Shown: positions 30,000 to 44,216 of the stretch, one piece after another
Layout of the letters: every line of letters starts with the position of its first letter
Position numbering within the stretch: position 1 is the stretch's first letter
Assembly: GCF_009914755.1 (NCBI RefSeq)
Contig: NC_060926.1
Origin: the human T2T-CHM13v2.0 reference genome, Homo sapiens
Direction: 5' to 3' (one strand)
Length of the DNA: 64,000 nt
Position numbers and translations under genes: made by a program
The notes under the pieces: generated by a model
Databases searched by the model: none
The model's input: the letters and a program-made list of their open reading frames with translations, nothing else
What the model was told of the DNA's origin: nothing

Positions 30000-30454
30000 A
30001 TATTTTTAAAGCTCAGCTATATTTTGATGTGGAATTTGATATGTTTGGAATATCAGCCATATAAAATGGATAAGGCATTAATTTGATACTCCTTACCTTC
30101 CCATTTGTGTTACTGAGTTTCTACAATCATACATTTTTTTTCTGTGTTTTTTAGATTATCAGACATAGTATTTTTGTTGGGGTTCCTGAATTTGATTCCT
30201 CTAAAACTACACAGGACAGTGAGTGAGGTCTTGATGAATTGTCTAATACTACTTTGGTCCGATACAAAATAAAAAGTTTAAATTTTCTCATAGCTTTTCT
30301 GAAATGTCAGTCATCTTATGTTTGTAGTGATTCTTTTAATGTTTACTTTTGCGTTTTTTTAAAAAAGACTTAGGAAAAGATTGTCCTGGATGATGTTGCT
30401 ATTGGGAGATAATGCAAATTGCTCTAAGATTTTTTTTTTTTTTTTTTTTTTAAG

Positions 30455-30579
30455 GTGACAAAAACTTAGTTGGTTCAGAAGTAAAAATTTATAGCTTGGA
30501 CCCATCTACTCAGTGGTTTTCAGCAACCGTTATAAATGGAAACCCAGCATCAAAAACTCTTCAAGTCAACTGTGAGGAG
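30455..30579 (+). CDS. KDM3A: KDM3A exon 6 (GDKNLVG...NCEE)
   Basis: T22-aag|GTGAC ... GAG|gtaaag; 125 nt. Confidence 0.96.
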
Positions 30580-30817
30580 GTAAAGACAACAATAACTCTT
30601 TGTAAGATAACTCGACAAAGCATGATAACTATACAAAGCATTTATGATTTTCTAGGCACTAAATACCTTTATTATTTTATAGGGTAGAAATAATTACAGT
30701 TGTTTTAAAAAGAAATTATTCATAAGAAGCTCCTATTGTTATGTTAATGAACCTGATTTTCAGTATGTTCTTGAGCATTTTTTATTTTCCGGTATCTTTG
30801 TTTCATTTATTTTTAAG

Positions 30818-30890
30818 ATTCCAGCACTGAAAATTGTTGATCCGTCACTGATTCATGTTGAAGTTGTACACGATAACCTTGTGACATGTG
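30818..30890 (+). CDS. KDM3A: KDM3A exon 7 (IPALKIV...LVTC)
   Basis: taag|ATT ... TGTG|gtaaga; 73 nt. Confidence 0.95.
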
Positions 30891-30995
30891 GTAAGATATG
30901 TTATTAAAATCTTTCTTCTCCTTCCTCCTTTCCTCCGTTCTTCTCACATTAAGAGAAACAGGGAAGCCAACTTAACCTATTTTTAAATATTTTAG

Positions 30996-31084
30996 GTAAT
31001 TCTGCAAGAATTGGAGCTGTAAAACGCAAGTCTTCTGAGAATAATGGAACCCTGGTTTCCAAACAAGCAAAATCTTGCTCTGAG
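30996..31084 (+). CDS. KDM3A: KDM3A exon 8 (GNSARIGAVKRKSSE...SCSE; contains the Ser264 phospho-site motif)
   Basis: ttag|GTAAT ... GAG|gtaacc; 89 nt; codon count places KRKS Ser at residue 264. Confidence 0.95.
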
Positions 31085-31143
31085 GTAACCTTTATTTATG
31101 TCACTTGTGTAAAGCTTTCCTTAACTCCAACATTGCATGGCTA

Positions 31144-31451
31144 GTTTTTATTTTTTATTATTTATTTAATTATTTTTATTTTTTTAGAGATAGGATCTCA
31201 CTCTGTCACTCAGACTGGAGTGCAGTGGTGCAACCAGAGCTTACTGCAGCCTTGAACTCCTGCCTCCATAGTAGCTGGGACTGCAGGCATGTGTCATGCA
31301 TGACACCTGGCTAATTTTTGTGTTTTTTGTAGAGACAGGGTCTTGGTATGTTGACCAGACTGGTCTTGAATTCCTGGGCTCAAGCGATCCTCCCGCCTCA
31401 GCTTCCCAAACTGCTGAGATTACAGTCATGAGTGAGCTACTGCCCCTGGCT
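31144..31451 (-). mobile_element. AluJ-type (antisense)
   Basis: Dimeric antisense Alu starting ~60 nt after exon 8. Confidence 0.92.
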
Positions 31452-34400
31452 GCGTGGCAAATTTTTTTAGTGTTATATTGCTGTCTGCTCTTCTTTGCTA
31501 GTTCCAGATCTTGGCCATAATTTCTACACTGAAGCAGATGGAGATAATATAAGTTTATGGTTCACTATTTTATGTAAAAAAGTTTCATTTTTTGGTATTT
31601 GCTGGAGATTCTCAATAGATTTGACAATTTCACCATGTGGAAGTGTTCTTAAAGGTAAATTGAGTTGTGTGTGTCAATGCCTGGCATGAAAAGAGGGAAG
31701 GAGCCTTAGAATTCTGAGTAGTTTGGGTGTTGAAATAGGACCTTCACCTTCTCAATAATAAGGAATTTAATTGGTCATTTATGATTGGGTAAACAAATGT
31801 ATTTCAAGGAAAGTGATTGGTTTGCCATTACTAATTTCTGTCCAGAAAAGTATAGGCTTTTGTGAATGCTACTGTGGGTTCAGGTACCAGATTTAATTCT
31901 ATTCTGAAATAGTTACCATTTGGACCGAGACTATTTCTCTTTTAGGTGAATTAAATCATTAGGACCTATTCCAATACAAATAACTTTCTGGCACCTTAGG
32001 AATCCAAATGCCTAAATGTCACATGGATAGTTTCCTGTGTTATAATTATCAAAAACTCCTTTATAATGCTCTGCCCCAGGCTGGAGTTTAAAATTTAAAA
32101 ACTGACCAAGGCCAGGAGAAATGGCATGGGGAGTGGGCCAGGAAGCCAATGAATAAATCTGGGTTTCTTGATTAAGGGCAGACTGGACTACAGCATCGAC
32201 TAGAACCAAAGCTAGCACTGTGCCACACAAACACTTGAGTCTGTGTAGCTAGGATGGTTAATTGGCTTTCTTGAATCTTTCCTGTATACAGGCAACAGGA
32301 ACTTTGATACTTCACCAAAAGCTTTGTAAACCAGTGTCTGAAGCCTCTGTCCTCCTTTGAAGGGTATAGGCTTTGACCTCTTGAGGCTCAGGTTGTTTAG
32401 GAAAGAATGAAGAGTTAAGTATGGAAATTAGTCTTACTACCTTTCATTTTTGCCTTAAAGTTTACAAGGTAATTTCAAGTACATCCATCCAAGAAACCAT
32501 AGTTACTGTATTAAGTACTCACTGTGTGGTGGATACTTGGTCCTGGAGATTGAAAGGTATCTGGAGTTCCTGTCTCAGATTCCATAGGATAGTGAGGGAG
32601 ACAGACTTCCAGAGGGCTCCCACAAGTGCAGGGAGAGTGCTCTGGTCAGGAGCTCTGCAGGTGCCTCAAGAAGCAGCCTGGGCAGAGCCTCTCAGACAGG
32701 GAGGACGTGTCTTGTTTGGTGAAGGGCAAATGTTTCATTGTGGCAGGGGCACAGGAGGCATGGAAAAAGAGAAGCAGGGTCAGAGATAGGAAGTTTGGGT
32801 TTTATGCTGCAGATGAAGAGGGGGTGTCTGGGGTGTTCAGGGGTTTTAAGTTCAGGAGATTGACTTAAGCTCTGTAGATGATGGATGAGGGAAGGACATG
32901 AGAATAGAAATGAGGGCACTGATGAGGTTAGTTGTATTGCACATCATAAATAGGCTTGAGGTGAGGCGGTAGCTAAGGGGGTGGAGAGCTATTTAGGAGA
33001 CAGCAGTAGTTGGATTTGGTGGAAGACTAGGTGTTAGGACTGAAGAAGCACAGGAATCTAGCTAATGAAGTAGGTAGAACAAATGGAATGTCTGCCTCAA
33101 AGAACATGACAGTTCTAGCTTAGGAAGCCCAAGTGACATGGTCAGGCAATTATTTATGATACTATATAGTCTCCCAGTATAGAAAGGGGCTGAGCTGCTG
33201 AGGAATAGGGGTCCCTGGTCTAGAAGGGAACAGATAGTAAGGCTCTGGGTAATTAATGTGGCCAGGACTACACAGAGGATGTCAAGCTCAGAGACAATAT
33301 TGTCAAGTAATCCATAGTATTAGAAGCTGAGAGATAAACAGGATATAATAATAATTTCTTTATGTCAGGTTTTAACGTTAGAGAAATTGTTGGCAGTCTA
33401 GAGTTAGAAGTAGTAAATATCAGTTTGGAGAAGTTGGTTGTGTGTTGCCTGTCATGGGGAATGTGTCAGTGTAAATTGGGAGTATGATGAAGAGGAGAGC
33501 TGAGCTGTGAGACTTGCTGAGGAAGAAGGGTTGGGAATAGGAATGACGTATCCTGTTGGATGGTGGAGCGATCAATCTGGGGTGCAAGCAGAACTGAGGT
33601 CAGTGGGAACCTCCCTTGGGGGAAGGTGCCTTCAGAATGTTGAGTGTGTCAGCAATGAGAAAGGTGTTTGAGCAAGTAAATTTCTAACCTTCAAGGAGGT
33701 ACTTGTAAAATGTGGGCATATAGACATATATGATATGATCCTGTCTCCTTGATTCAAATTCTTGCAAGGCCAGAAGCATTACTTTTTTATCTTTCTCAGC
33801 ATGTTGCCCATACTATGTGTGCTATTGAGCTGATTGTTGGGCACATTAGAAGCTATTAAAAAAATAAGCCTGCACTTCAGCCTGGAGATAAGTTTCTTAA
33901 CTTCTGCATCTAATATGATAAACTAAATTAAGTGTTTTAAAAATGTACATTGCAGCTCTTGAGCTCTATGCTAGTCACGTCATTCTAAAGGAAGTCGAAG
34001 GTGGATTTTTACCTGGGTTTCAGAAGTTCTTGAAAATATTTTTTTGATTGTGAAGCTCATCTCATTTGAAAATTTTTGGTTAACCTAGAAAAGTATAGTA
34101 AAGAATAGAATCATCACTTGTAATCATACTTCTCAGAGACTCTCTGTTTACATTTTGAAATACTTCAAATGTAATGTAAGGAAATACTTTCCTTCTGTCT
34201 CTTCTCCCCCTGTATTTATCACAGAGACCTGATTTTTTTTGTTAGTTTTTTAAAACTAAAAACCATACTCTTGTAGCCTCCTTGATTCCCTTGCAATGTA
34301 TTATAACTATTATTCCATATCGGTAAATGTCTTTCGTTCTGGGTGATTCTTGTAGTCAGACAAGTTTTGGATACACTGGCCTGGCCTAGATTTCAGGAGG

Positions 34401-35319
34401 GCTGGAGAGATAAAGGGAGCAGTGGGGAAAGAAAGTTTTTGAAAATGTATGAGTGAAAGGTGAGTACAGTAATGCACTCAGCACGATTCTCACTGTGTTT
34501 GCACTTCCCAGATGTGTTGGACTGGCACTTTTAGGGTGGTCTTTAGAAGACAGGCATTTGGGACTAGTAGGCAAGACTCTTGACTGTCTTGATGAATACT
34601 TTTGGTTAAGATAAACCTGTTTGCCAGTGATACCTGGCTCCTTGAAGGTCTTCTCTGCCTAGCAGACTATTCCTCAGAGTTACGACGTTGCCTGGTTAGT
34701 TGGGAAAGAGTCTGCTGAGGAATGTGAGCCGGCAGTGTCCTTTTTAGAATTCTATCATACACTCAATTATATTATCTCCGTCTGCTGGCAGGGAGGAACT
34801 ATTGCCATGACTGGTATAGAAGACCTTCAGGGAAAACTCTTCAGGTAAGAAGAAACTTTGACCCTTTGTTGAGTCAGAGGCCAGTGCGGAGGTGCACTCG
34901 TGAACATGGGTTTGGGAATTGGAGTCCTGTTCCTGTTGAGCTAAACCTTAGGAAAGTTGTAGAAGGAAATACTTGAGTTTCTTAAAGGAAAAGCACGCTA
35001 AGTTGTGCTAATTCTAACACACGGTGACAGAATTGAGAAAATTTTCGCAATGTTTTTCTGCTTTAAGACAGCTCATCTCTAAAATTGATTTCAGCGCCAG
35101 GCACTATGGTAAAAGCACAGCCCTGTAAAGTATACTTCATGGGAAGAAAGTGCTAGGAAGTGTTAGAGACTGAATTTCAAACCAAAGGCTAACACCAAAA
35201 TCCAGTACTCTTCATCACTGTGCTGTTGCCACTGCTCTCCAAATCTTCTCCTTGGTGTGGTGAATCACCCTTGTAAAAATAGCAGATTTCTCCTTTCTTC
35301 CCTCCTTCCCTCTGTTCCT

Positions 35320-36200
35320 CCATCCCTCCTTCCAACAAGTATTTATTGCATATTTAGTGTATGCTAGACTGATCTACAGTGGTGATCATCACTTCCTGTC
35401 ACTTCAGGTAACTCATAAGACTTATTGATTTATAGCTATTTAGAAATGTTACATGCTAACAGCATTCACTCCTTGGTATGTTCATTCCACCAGTCTTATT
35501 TATTGAGCATCCACTGTATGTTTGGTTTTATGAGGTTATAACAGTGGGCGCAACAGCAGGGCCTCTGCCCATAAACAGTGTGTGTCCCATTGTGAGGAGA
35601 CTGACAGTGAATAAGTGAAAGGTACTTTCATGGTGTGATAAGGGCTATGAAAGGTATAAACAGAAAAATGATAAAGAGTAAGGGACGGCTTTTGGGATGC
35701 TACTTCAGAAAGAGTAATCAGAAATTCTGAGAGTGTGACATATTAACAGACTTGAGGGTGAACAGAGAGAACCAACCAGCCACTGAAAACGATGTAGCCA
35801 GAGAGATAACAAGTACAAAGGCCCAGGCAAGAAAGGGCTTAGAACACTAGGAGATGAGAAAGGAAGCAAGTGTAGTTGGAGTACTGTGAGCAAGCGGGGC
35901 AGTGAAAGAGATGGGGGGAGGAGGAGCAGGAGTGGTAAGGAGACTGGACCACATGGGATTCTTGTAGGCAGTGGACTGCCGTGATCTTATTTGATTTATG
36001 TTTTATAGAGATTGCTCTGTGGTAGAAGAGATCTTGGGTAGGATGCAGAGGATTCAACAAGAATGGAAGGAAGGTTGGTTAGGACATGTGTAGCTTAGGG
36101 GAAAGATGGTAGTAGTAGTGACATGAAAAGAAATGGGTAGATTCAATACATACTTTGCAAATAGAGGCAAGATTTATTGGTTTATTGATTACATATGGGA
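35320..36200 (-). mobile_element. L2 LINE fragments
   Basis: ccaacaagtatttattg, tattgagcatccactgtatg, gtacaaaggccc...gagatgagaaaggaagc: typical antisense L2. Similar fragments near 22380-22680, 24480-24790 and 32500-33050. Confidence 0.6.
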
Positions 36201-36823
36201 AATTAGATGGAGGGTTTTTTTTTTTAACTTGAGCGGCTTGATTTTATACAGAGTAAAAATTTATGCTTAGGTTTATAATCCAAATTTCTTAAGTATGTTG
36301 CTCTTGGGAGAGTGAGGAAAGGTATTAGTGCATCAATTCTAAACATATTCAGAATAAGGAAGGTGACCAATATGAGGAAAGATAATTGGTAAAATTGAGC
36401 CTTGAATAAGCATTTCAAAATGATTTAGCATTAAACTTTGGGAGACTAACCTCAGATTAACAGGGAATTGCAAACTATTACAAGCAAAAGGGACTTTAGG
36501 AATAAACAAATTTCCTCATTTAAAGGATTAGGAAACTCAAAAAACACCCAAAACCAACCATCACACCTTCTGGAGAACATTAAGGTACTATTTAACCAAA
36601 ATTGAGTTGACTGAAATAGTGTAATATATGATCAGATAATTTAGTGCCTAAAAATAGTTGAAACTATGCCAAAACTTTGCCAGTGATTAAATTCTTATTT
36701 TTCAGATATATCTGTATATGCTAGCTAGTCTTTTCAAGGCTGTCAAGTAAATTTCTGAGAAAAGCATTCATGAGTAGAGTACATATAAATATATTCGAAA
36801 TTGTCAGGTTTTAAAAACCTGCT

Positions 36824-37153
<330 letters not shown>

Positions 37154-37234
37154 TTAGAAGTTAATGACTAGAAGATGAAGAAACTTTGGAGATTCTTCAA
37201 GTTTAGATTTGGTGGTAAGGCAAGACGATTGAGA

Positions 37235-37281
37235 AAGGTATATGACTTAAAAATTTAAGGTATATAACTTAAAAATTTAAG
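37235..37281 (+). repeat. 22-bp tandem duplication
   Basis: aaggtatat(g/a)acttaaaaattt x2. Confidence 0.85.
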
Positions 37282-38065
37282 CACATGTGAGGAGCCTGGT
37301 GAAATGGGTGAATTGGTTTCACCTGGTTCAGCCTTAGACTAGTTGTCTTGAGTTTCTCCTTTCTTTTTTATGGTGGGAAGTTTATTTTTGTGAATGGTAT
37401 AAACTGTTAAGAAGTTGATTCAATACTTCCTTTTTTTGAAGATTAAGTTACCTGAAAAGGGAACTGGGACAGGTGTCCCAACTTTGCCCACAGGCCTGTC
37501 ATAACTTGATATTTTTTGCAGCTTGGGATGACTTCTGTGACTTGATGAGCCACATAAGAGCAAGAACTGTCCTCAACTTTTATTGCATTGCAAAGGCTTA
37601 TCTGGGTACCAAATAGGCATCCCTGCCTACAAGAGTCCTATGTGGTCTGGTCTCCTGCCAAACTATGCAGTAAGTGCGTGGTGGGCACTCAAGTCATGCC
37701 AAAGTGAATGCATGTGAAGCTGCCACCATTTAAAACTGTCACTTAAAAGTTCACCTCTGCGTTGCATTAGTAAAGTAATTGCCACCTGACTGTTTTCCTG
37801 GCACAGTGGTTCAGAGGTCTGAAAAAGATAAGCTTGTGATCCTTTGTAGGAAGACATAAGTTTTGTGAAAAGCTGGAGTGATTACTTACAGTCTTAAAGC
37901 CCTGAATTGTATAGTTTATCACTTGTTTCACTTTCCTGTTTCTTTTTATTTGGCAATGGTATTATGTTTGTTTAGTATTAAGCAAATGATCTTAAATTTG
38001 GTAGCATTTTATTATTTCCTAACTAGGGACTTCCTTTTAATATCTGTTGGTTTGGTATCTTCTAG

Positions 38066-38229
38066 GCCTCTCCCAGTATGTGTCCTGTGCAGTCTGTACC
38101 TACAACAGTTTTTAAGGAGATACTGCTTGGCTGTACTGCGGCAACTCCACCTAGTAAGGACCCAAGACAGCAAAGTACTCCCCAGGCTGCCAACTCTCCA
38201 CCTAACCTTGGAGCAAAAATTCCTCAAGG
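38066..38229 (+). CDS. KDM3A: KDM3A exon 9 (ASPSMCP...KIPQG)
   Basis: ctag|GCC ... AGG|gtgagt; 164 nt. Confidence 0.96.
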
Positions 38230-39394
38230 GTGAGTAGTGATTTGTTAAAGATGTTTAATTATAATAATAAAAAATTATTTTAGTCATGGCTCATTGTTTT
38301 TATCCCTGGTTGTCCAGGGAGGTTTTTCGTTAGAGTTTCTGAGAAAAGATGGATAGATGCTTTTGAAGGTGAAAAGTATAGAAGGCACACAGAGCAACAT
38401 AGAAAATGGTATAGAAGTGAAAGGGGGCATGAGAAAAGAGACTGTCTTGATACAGTGAGAAGGAGCAATTGAAATAGTACCTTTGTAAAACAGGTGTCTT
38501 CTTTTAAGGAAAAGGGAACAGATTGGTTGTACATGGAAGACTGAGGTCAGTGGGAGTGTGAAGAAGCAGTGAGACATGGTTACAGTGAGAGATTCTCCGC
38601 AGCCTCGACATGAATTGACCCAAGTATAGTTGAGAAATTTGGCAGTAGAGAGGACTCTAAGAATAATAGAAATGAGGAAGCAATATCTGTAGGTGGTAAC
38701 TGTTACTAACTTGTAGAGGAAGAAAATGAGTACGAAATGTAAAGTTTCACTAGAAAGTTTAAAGTAGGTACAAGGTTGACAGAGCAAGTAGTTTCAAGGG
38801 AAGGATCTCTTCTGGGAAGTGGTGGTGGCCTGCGTAGGCAGGCAGTTGATACAGCCTTAAGATGTAGGTCAGAGAGACTGTGGTATAGAAAAGTAGGTTT
38901 GGAAGGTGGGAGAGTGGCTGAGCACACTGGTTCACTGGGAAAAAGTAGTCAGTCTGGGATAGAGCTTGGAGGATGGCCATGTGGCAGTCAGACAGGAGGA
39001 GGAGCAGTCTTCAAAATAGAAACGGAGGGAACATTAGGAAGTTCAGTGATATCCAAGGAAAGATTTTTCATCTGAGTGTTTAAATGAAAAATTCTTCTCC
39101 AGGGTGAAGTCCTTTGGTAGAGGCAGGAACAAACAGGTATAATAGAAAAAAAGGACTTTGCATTTTTCTGGAGAAAGAACTCTAGGATGCTAAGAAACAA
39201 AAGTTCTTCAAGGCTATCCCTAGTAAGATGTACAGGGAAAATACCAAATCGTTCTGTGAATAACCAAGTAATCAATCAGCTATTCTATTTGCTCTGTGTG
39301 CTGATCACTGAACAAACAAGAATGAAATTATTCTCTGTTAGGGCTGGTTACATGTTGCTCATAGCAGAAAAGGGTTTTGTGCTGCTGCCAGTTT

Positions 39395-39722
39395 GTTAGT
39401 TTTTTTTTAGTTTTTGAGGTTTTTTAGAGACAGGATCTTGCTCTGTTGCCCAGGAGGGAGTGCAGTTGCAGTGGTACAGTCAAAGTTTAAGTTTACTGCA
39501 GCTTTGAACTCCTGGGCTCAATTGATCCTCTTGCCTTAGCCTCCCAAGTAGCTGGGACTACAGGCGCGTGCCACCACACCAGGCTAATTTTTAATTTTTT
39601 TGTAGAGATGGGGGACTTGCTATTTTGCCCAGTCTGGTCATGAACTCCTGGCCTCTAGCAGTCCTCTCATCTTGGCCTCCCAGAATCCTGGGATTACAGG
39701 TGTGAGCCCTTGTGCCTTGCCC
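39395..39722 (-). mobile_element. AluJ-type (antisense)
   Basis: Dimeric antisense Alu. Confidence 0.93.
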
Positions 39723-40384
39723 ATTGTTCGTTTTTAATTAGATTTTGTGTGAATATCTTTGAAGGGATTTCTAACATTTTTTATATACGTATATATTTTA
39801 GAATTTTTATCTTGACACATTGACCTTTACTAGAGGTTCAATTTTTGACTCTTGGCAAGTAGCAAGAATGGAGTTTTATCTTTAAAATTCAAACATAATC
39901 TTTACTATAGAAGAAAGAGTTTTAGCAGAGGTTTCTCTGAAATTTACACACAAAAAAAAAAAAAAAAAAAGAAGAAAGAAAACTTTCGGAATTGCCCCTA
40001 CACAGACTTCTGGTTTTGATACTTATAAACCAGCTTATCTGCTGAGTATATTCTTTGGTTTCATACAATATTTTGTTTTGAGGGAAAGCTAAGGTTCATT
40101 GTGCTGTGAGAAGTAGAACTAACGTAAGAAGTTAAAGATTTCTGAGAACGTGCAGACATAATTTAGGGTTGTATTTTTCTGAGTGTTTATGATTTTTGCA
40201 GAACCATTGACTGATGACTTTTAACTCTAGCTCACAGAAATCTATCCTAAATTCTGTAACATATGAGAAATTTTCTTTTTTCTTTCATACTCGTTACCTT
40301 AGGGAACCAAACAGTTTGTTTGGGGAAGATAATGGAGAGATAAAAAGAGGCCTGGATGCTAGCTTTCTATATTATATTTTTCAG

Positions 40385-40896
40385 ATGTCATAAACAAAGT
40401 TTACCAGAGGAAATTTCTTCCTGTCTAAATACAAAGTCTGAAGCTCTGAGAACAAAACCAGATGTCTGCAAAGCAGGGTTGCTCTCAAAGTCCTCTCAGA
40501 TTGGAACTGGAGACTTGAAAATTCTGACTGAGCCAAAAGGCAGCTGTACTCAGCCTAAGACAAACACTGATCAGGAAAACAGATTGGAGTCTGTTCCACA
40601 AGCATTGACTGGCCTTCCTAAGGAGTGCTTACCTACAAAGGCTTCTTCTAAGGCAGAATTGGAAATTGCCAATCCTCCTGAACTGCAGAAGCACCTAGAA
40701 CATGCACCTTCCCCATCGGATGTTTCAAATGCACCAGAAGTGAAAGCAGGTGTCAATAGTGATAGCCCTAATAACTGTTCAGGAAAAAAGGTAGAACCTT
40801 CAGCTTTAGCTTGCCGATCACAGAATTTAAAGGAATCTTCAGTAAAAGTAGATAATGAAAGCTGTTGTTCAAGAAGCAACAATAAAATCCAGAATG
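40385..40896 (+). CDS. KDM3A: KDM3A exon 10 (CHKQSLP...KIQN), low-complexity linker
   Basis: tcag|ATGT ... AATG|gtgagt; 512 nt; within ORF 40356..40943. Confidence 0.97.
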
Positions 40897-41751
40897 GTGA
40901 GTGTTTCTCAATATCTTTATTGGTAGAAGGTAAGAAATGGTAGATATATATATCTCTTTCTTGTCCTATGAGAAACTATGTGAAAATGACTTTGTAGAAA
41001 TAGTTTATACAGTCAGAAAAGTTGAAAGAAGGTATAATTCCCAAATCTCAGAAACGATTACTGTTAATATTTTGGTGTACCTGGTTTCATGTATATAGAA
41101 ATACAGATAAACTGTATTACACAAATGGGTTCATGCCAATAATTTTACCCTGTGAATTAGTGTAGGTGTCTATTAGTATTTTAAAGCAAGGATTCCATTA
41201 TGTTCATTTACCATAGGATTTAACTGGTTCCTATTAGGTGGGTAATTAGGTGGTTCCCAATTCTTAGGTTAAGAAAATTTTGAAACAAAATCTAAAGTAA
41301 TCTGGTGTTTACTTTATTTCAGCTTGTCACTGATCTTTCTGTTACATCCAGGTTGGAGTAGGAAGAGGTGATCTGTGACAGGTAGCTAAGATTTGAAATT
41401 TTAGAAAAGATGCAGAATTGTATCATTTCTGGAAAAAGGACTTGGGTTAAAGATGTTACGGATAGGGCTGAACTACCAGGAAGAGTCTCTTTGCTTAAGG
41501 GGAGGTCCTGCTGCACCCACAATTTAAAACTACTCTTCTTATGGGGAAATTGGTACGTTGTACTTGATGCTACTTATATGAAGTTTGAGGATGCATTATA
41601 ATGGTGGTAGTTATCAGAAGCTCTGTTACTAGAGTTAGAAGAACAAAATGTTTTCAGCATGTCAAAAGGTTTAGAGCTATTAGAATTTAAAGATGCCTTT
41701 TGATCACTGTTAGCTATGTGGGAAATTGATATGGATTTTGTTAATGTTTTA

Positions 41752-42060
41752 GGCTGGGCATAGTAGCTAACACCTGTAATCCTAATACTTTGGGAGACCA
41801 CTGTGGGAGGATTGCTTCAGACCAGGAGTTTGAGACCAGCCTGGGCAACATAGTGAGACCCCATCTCCACAAAAAATTTTTTTAAAAATCAGCCAGGCAT
41901 GGTGGGGCACACCTGTTATTCCTAGCTACTGGAGAAGCTGAGGCAGGGGGGTTGCTTGACCCCAGGAGTTGGAGGCTGCGGTGAGTTATGATTGTACCAC
42001 TGTACTCTAGCCTGGGCAACAGAGTGAGAGCTTGGCTCAAAAAACAAACAAACGAAAACA
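41752..42060 (+). mobile_element. AluJ-type (sense)
   Basis: Dimeric Alu. Confidence 0.93.
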
Positions 42061-44216
42061 ACCTACGAAAACAATTTATTTATTTGGATCAGTAAAAATG
42101 AATATATCTACACTATCTTTTTAACTGCAGGCCTCTGTGAAATTAGAGGGCAAGATGGCTGGATTTGACTTGCGAATCTTTTTAGTATAGCATTGGAAGA
42201 ATAGAAAGAACTTTCTTTGCCTAGCAATACTTCTAACCTAGCTTCTTCATTGAGGCTTAAGTTAATATAGCTGTTAATTTGCATAAAATTAATTGCATAA
42301 GATTATCCTGTTCTCAGAAATTAGGTAACACTCAAAAGAAAGTACATATTCATAACCATATCCTTGTTCTATTTGTTGTTTTTGAATCATCAGCTCTCAC
42401 ACACAGCTAGTTTTTGAAGCAAATTTAATATTATGTGACGAAACAGTAAAGATTCTAGTGCAATAAGCACATGATAGATACACAAGTGAGTTACGGAGTC
42501 CAGCTTTGTCTCATTTAATATGTTATGTAGCTATTCCCCATCTAATGGATTTTAAAAGAAGTGAAAAACTTACATCCTGGAGTAGCACATCCTGCTATCT
42601 ACTGTGACTTTTTTTTTTTGGTTGAGGTGTGAGAGTGTGATCAGAAGCCTACCGGGACTTCTGAGCTGTGTCCACTAGTACTGCATGTTAGTACAGAAGG
42701 CTTGGAAAACTTTTCTGCTCCTTTCTTCCACTTGGGGTCTAGAAAACAAAAGCAAACTGGAGTCAAACAGCTGCCTTTTTTTCCGTTCAGATAGATACGT
42801 GGCTCCTCGGAAGTGGGCGTTGCATTTTTCTCTTGACTTGGCTTTGAATTCAGAGAATCACTGATGGTAGCACCTGTTGCTCTCCTCAGTAAAGAGCTAG
42901 ATTTAGACAGTTCAGCTTTCTTGTTTCTAGATATTTCCTCTTGTGAGCCAGGATAGAACAGATAAGATAACCTTCTTGCCTGTGATCTGTGGAAGCCTGG
43001 CTCAACTCAAAGGATGTCTTTCAATATCTGAGTAATTAAAATTACATCCTTGAACTACTAATCTCTTTATTTTCTCTCCTTTCTTACTTTACCTTCTCTT
43101 TCACTATAACTGAGTAGGAGTGTTTAAGGGATCAAGGACTAACAGCATCATGTAGAAATTTACATGTGGTCTAGTCCTGCTTTAAAAGAGAGGTAAGATT
43201 AGATCACCTCTAAGGTAATTATTGAAGATGTTTACTTTATTTAAAACCTTCTTTGGTTTGGGATCTTCCAATTTTCTCCAAGACTCACCTCTCCCACCCA
43301 TCTCTCAACTAGTTCCCCAGAAGCTGTTGGTTTTTGACTTTCGTTTGTTTGCCTAAAAACCCACTTCCCTCTTCTCAGCTCTCTGGGACCCTAAGAAAAG
43401 GTCTTTTCTGTTTTCTATGAAATACTCCTTAAGGCTCTTGACATACAAATGGATTCCTTACTTTGTTATTTTCTCTGACACGGTGATTGCTCTTTCCTGA
43501 TACATGTCTACCTTGTCTTTAGAAACCATGTTAACATTTCAAATTCTCCGGCCTATTACAAGTTAAAACATAAAATCTGCATTTACTTAGAATGATAATC
43601 CTGTCTGTAGCCAGTGCTCTTAATCCTGCTTGGACCACATGTGTGAAAGAAGGGGAGACATGTCAGGAGTCAAGTGACAGGCATTTAGAAGATGCTCTAA
43701 CTCCATAGACCCAGGGGCTACGTAGGAAAGTGATTCGTTTATTGTTATTTTTAGAATGGTTAGCTTTTGCATTGTACTTTTAAAAACACACCTTAAACCA
43801 GTCTTTTTTGAATTTGGAAAGTGACAGAATGGACATCTACTAAGTCAGGCCTCTGCAGAAGTGAGCCTCGAGATCGAGTTTGAATTAAATGTCTGATTTG
43901 AAAACATCCTAAAATGTAGAGTTGTGAATAGAAGTATACATTAACTTTGAATTGTGAGTCTGGCTGTTTAATTTGGGGTTTTATGTTGCCAAATGGATTG
44001 AGCAAATAAGAATTGTTTTATAAAGAGAGTAAAACTTTCCCAGTTATTCTGATAGTTGTCTTCTGTTGAGCCATTTTTAGAAATTACAATTGAACCAGGA
44101 ATTGAGAAGGGAGTTCTCTTTAAGGGAATATTGGGTTTTTGAATAGAATTCAGTCATATATGAATGTGATTTTTAAAAATTTGAGGTCCTGTCTCCTTAA
44201 TCTTTTGTTTTCCTAG

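Noticed and set aside
39952-39982. Orphan A19 tract in intron 9
   Set aside because: No clear TSD or poly(A) signal; likely a simple homopolymer and an oligo-dT mispriming risk.
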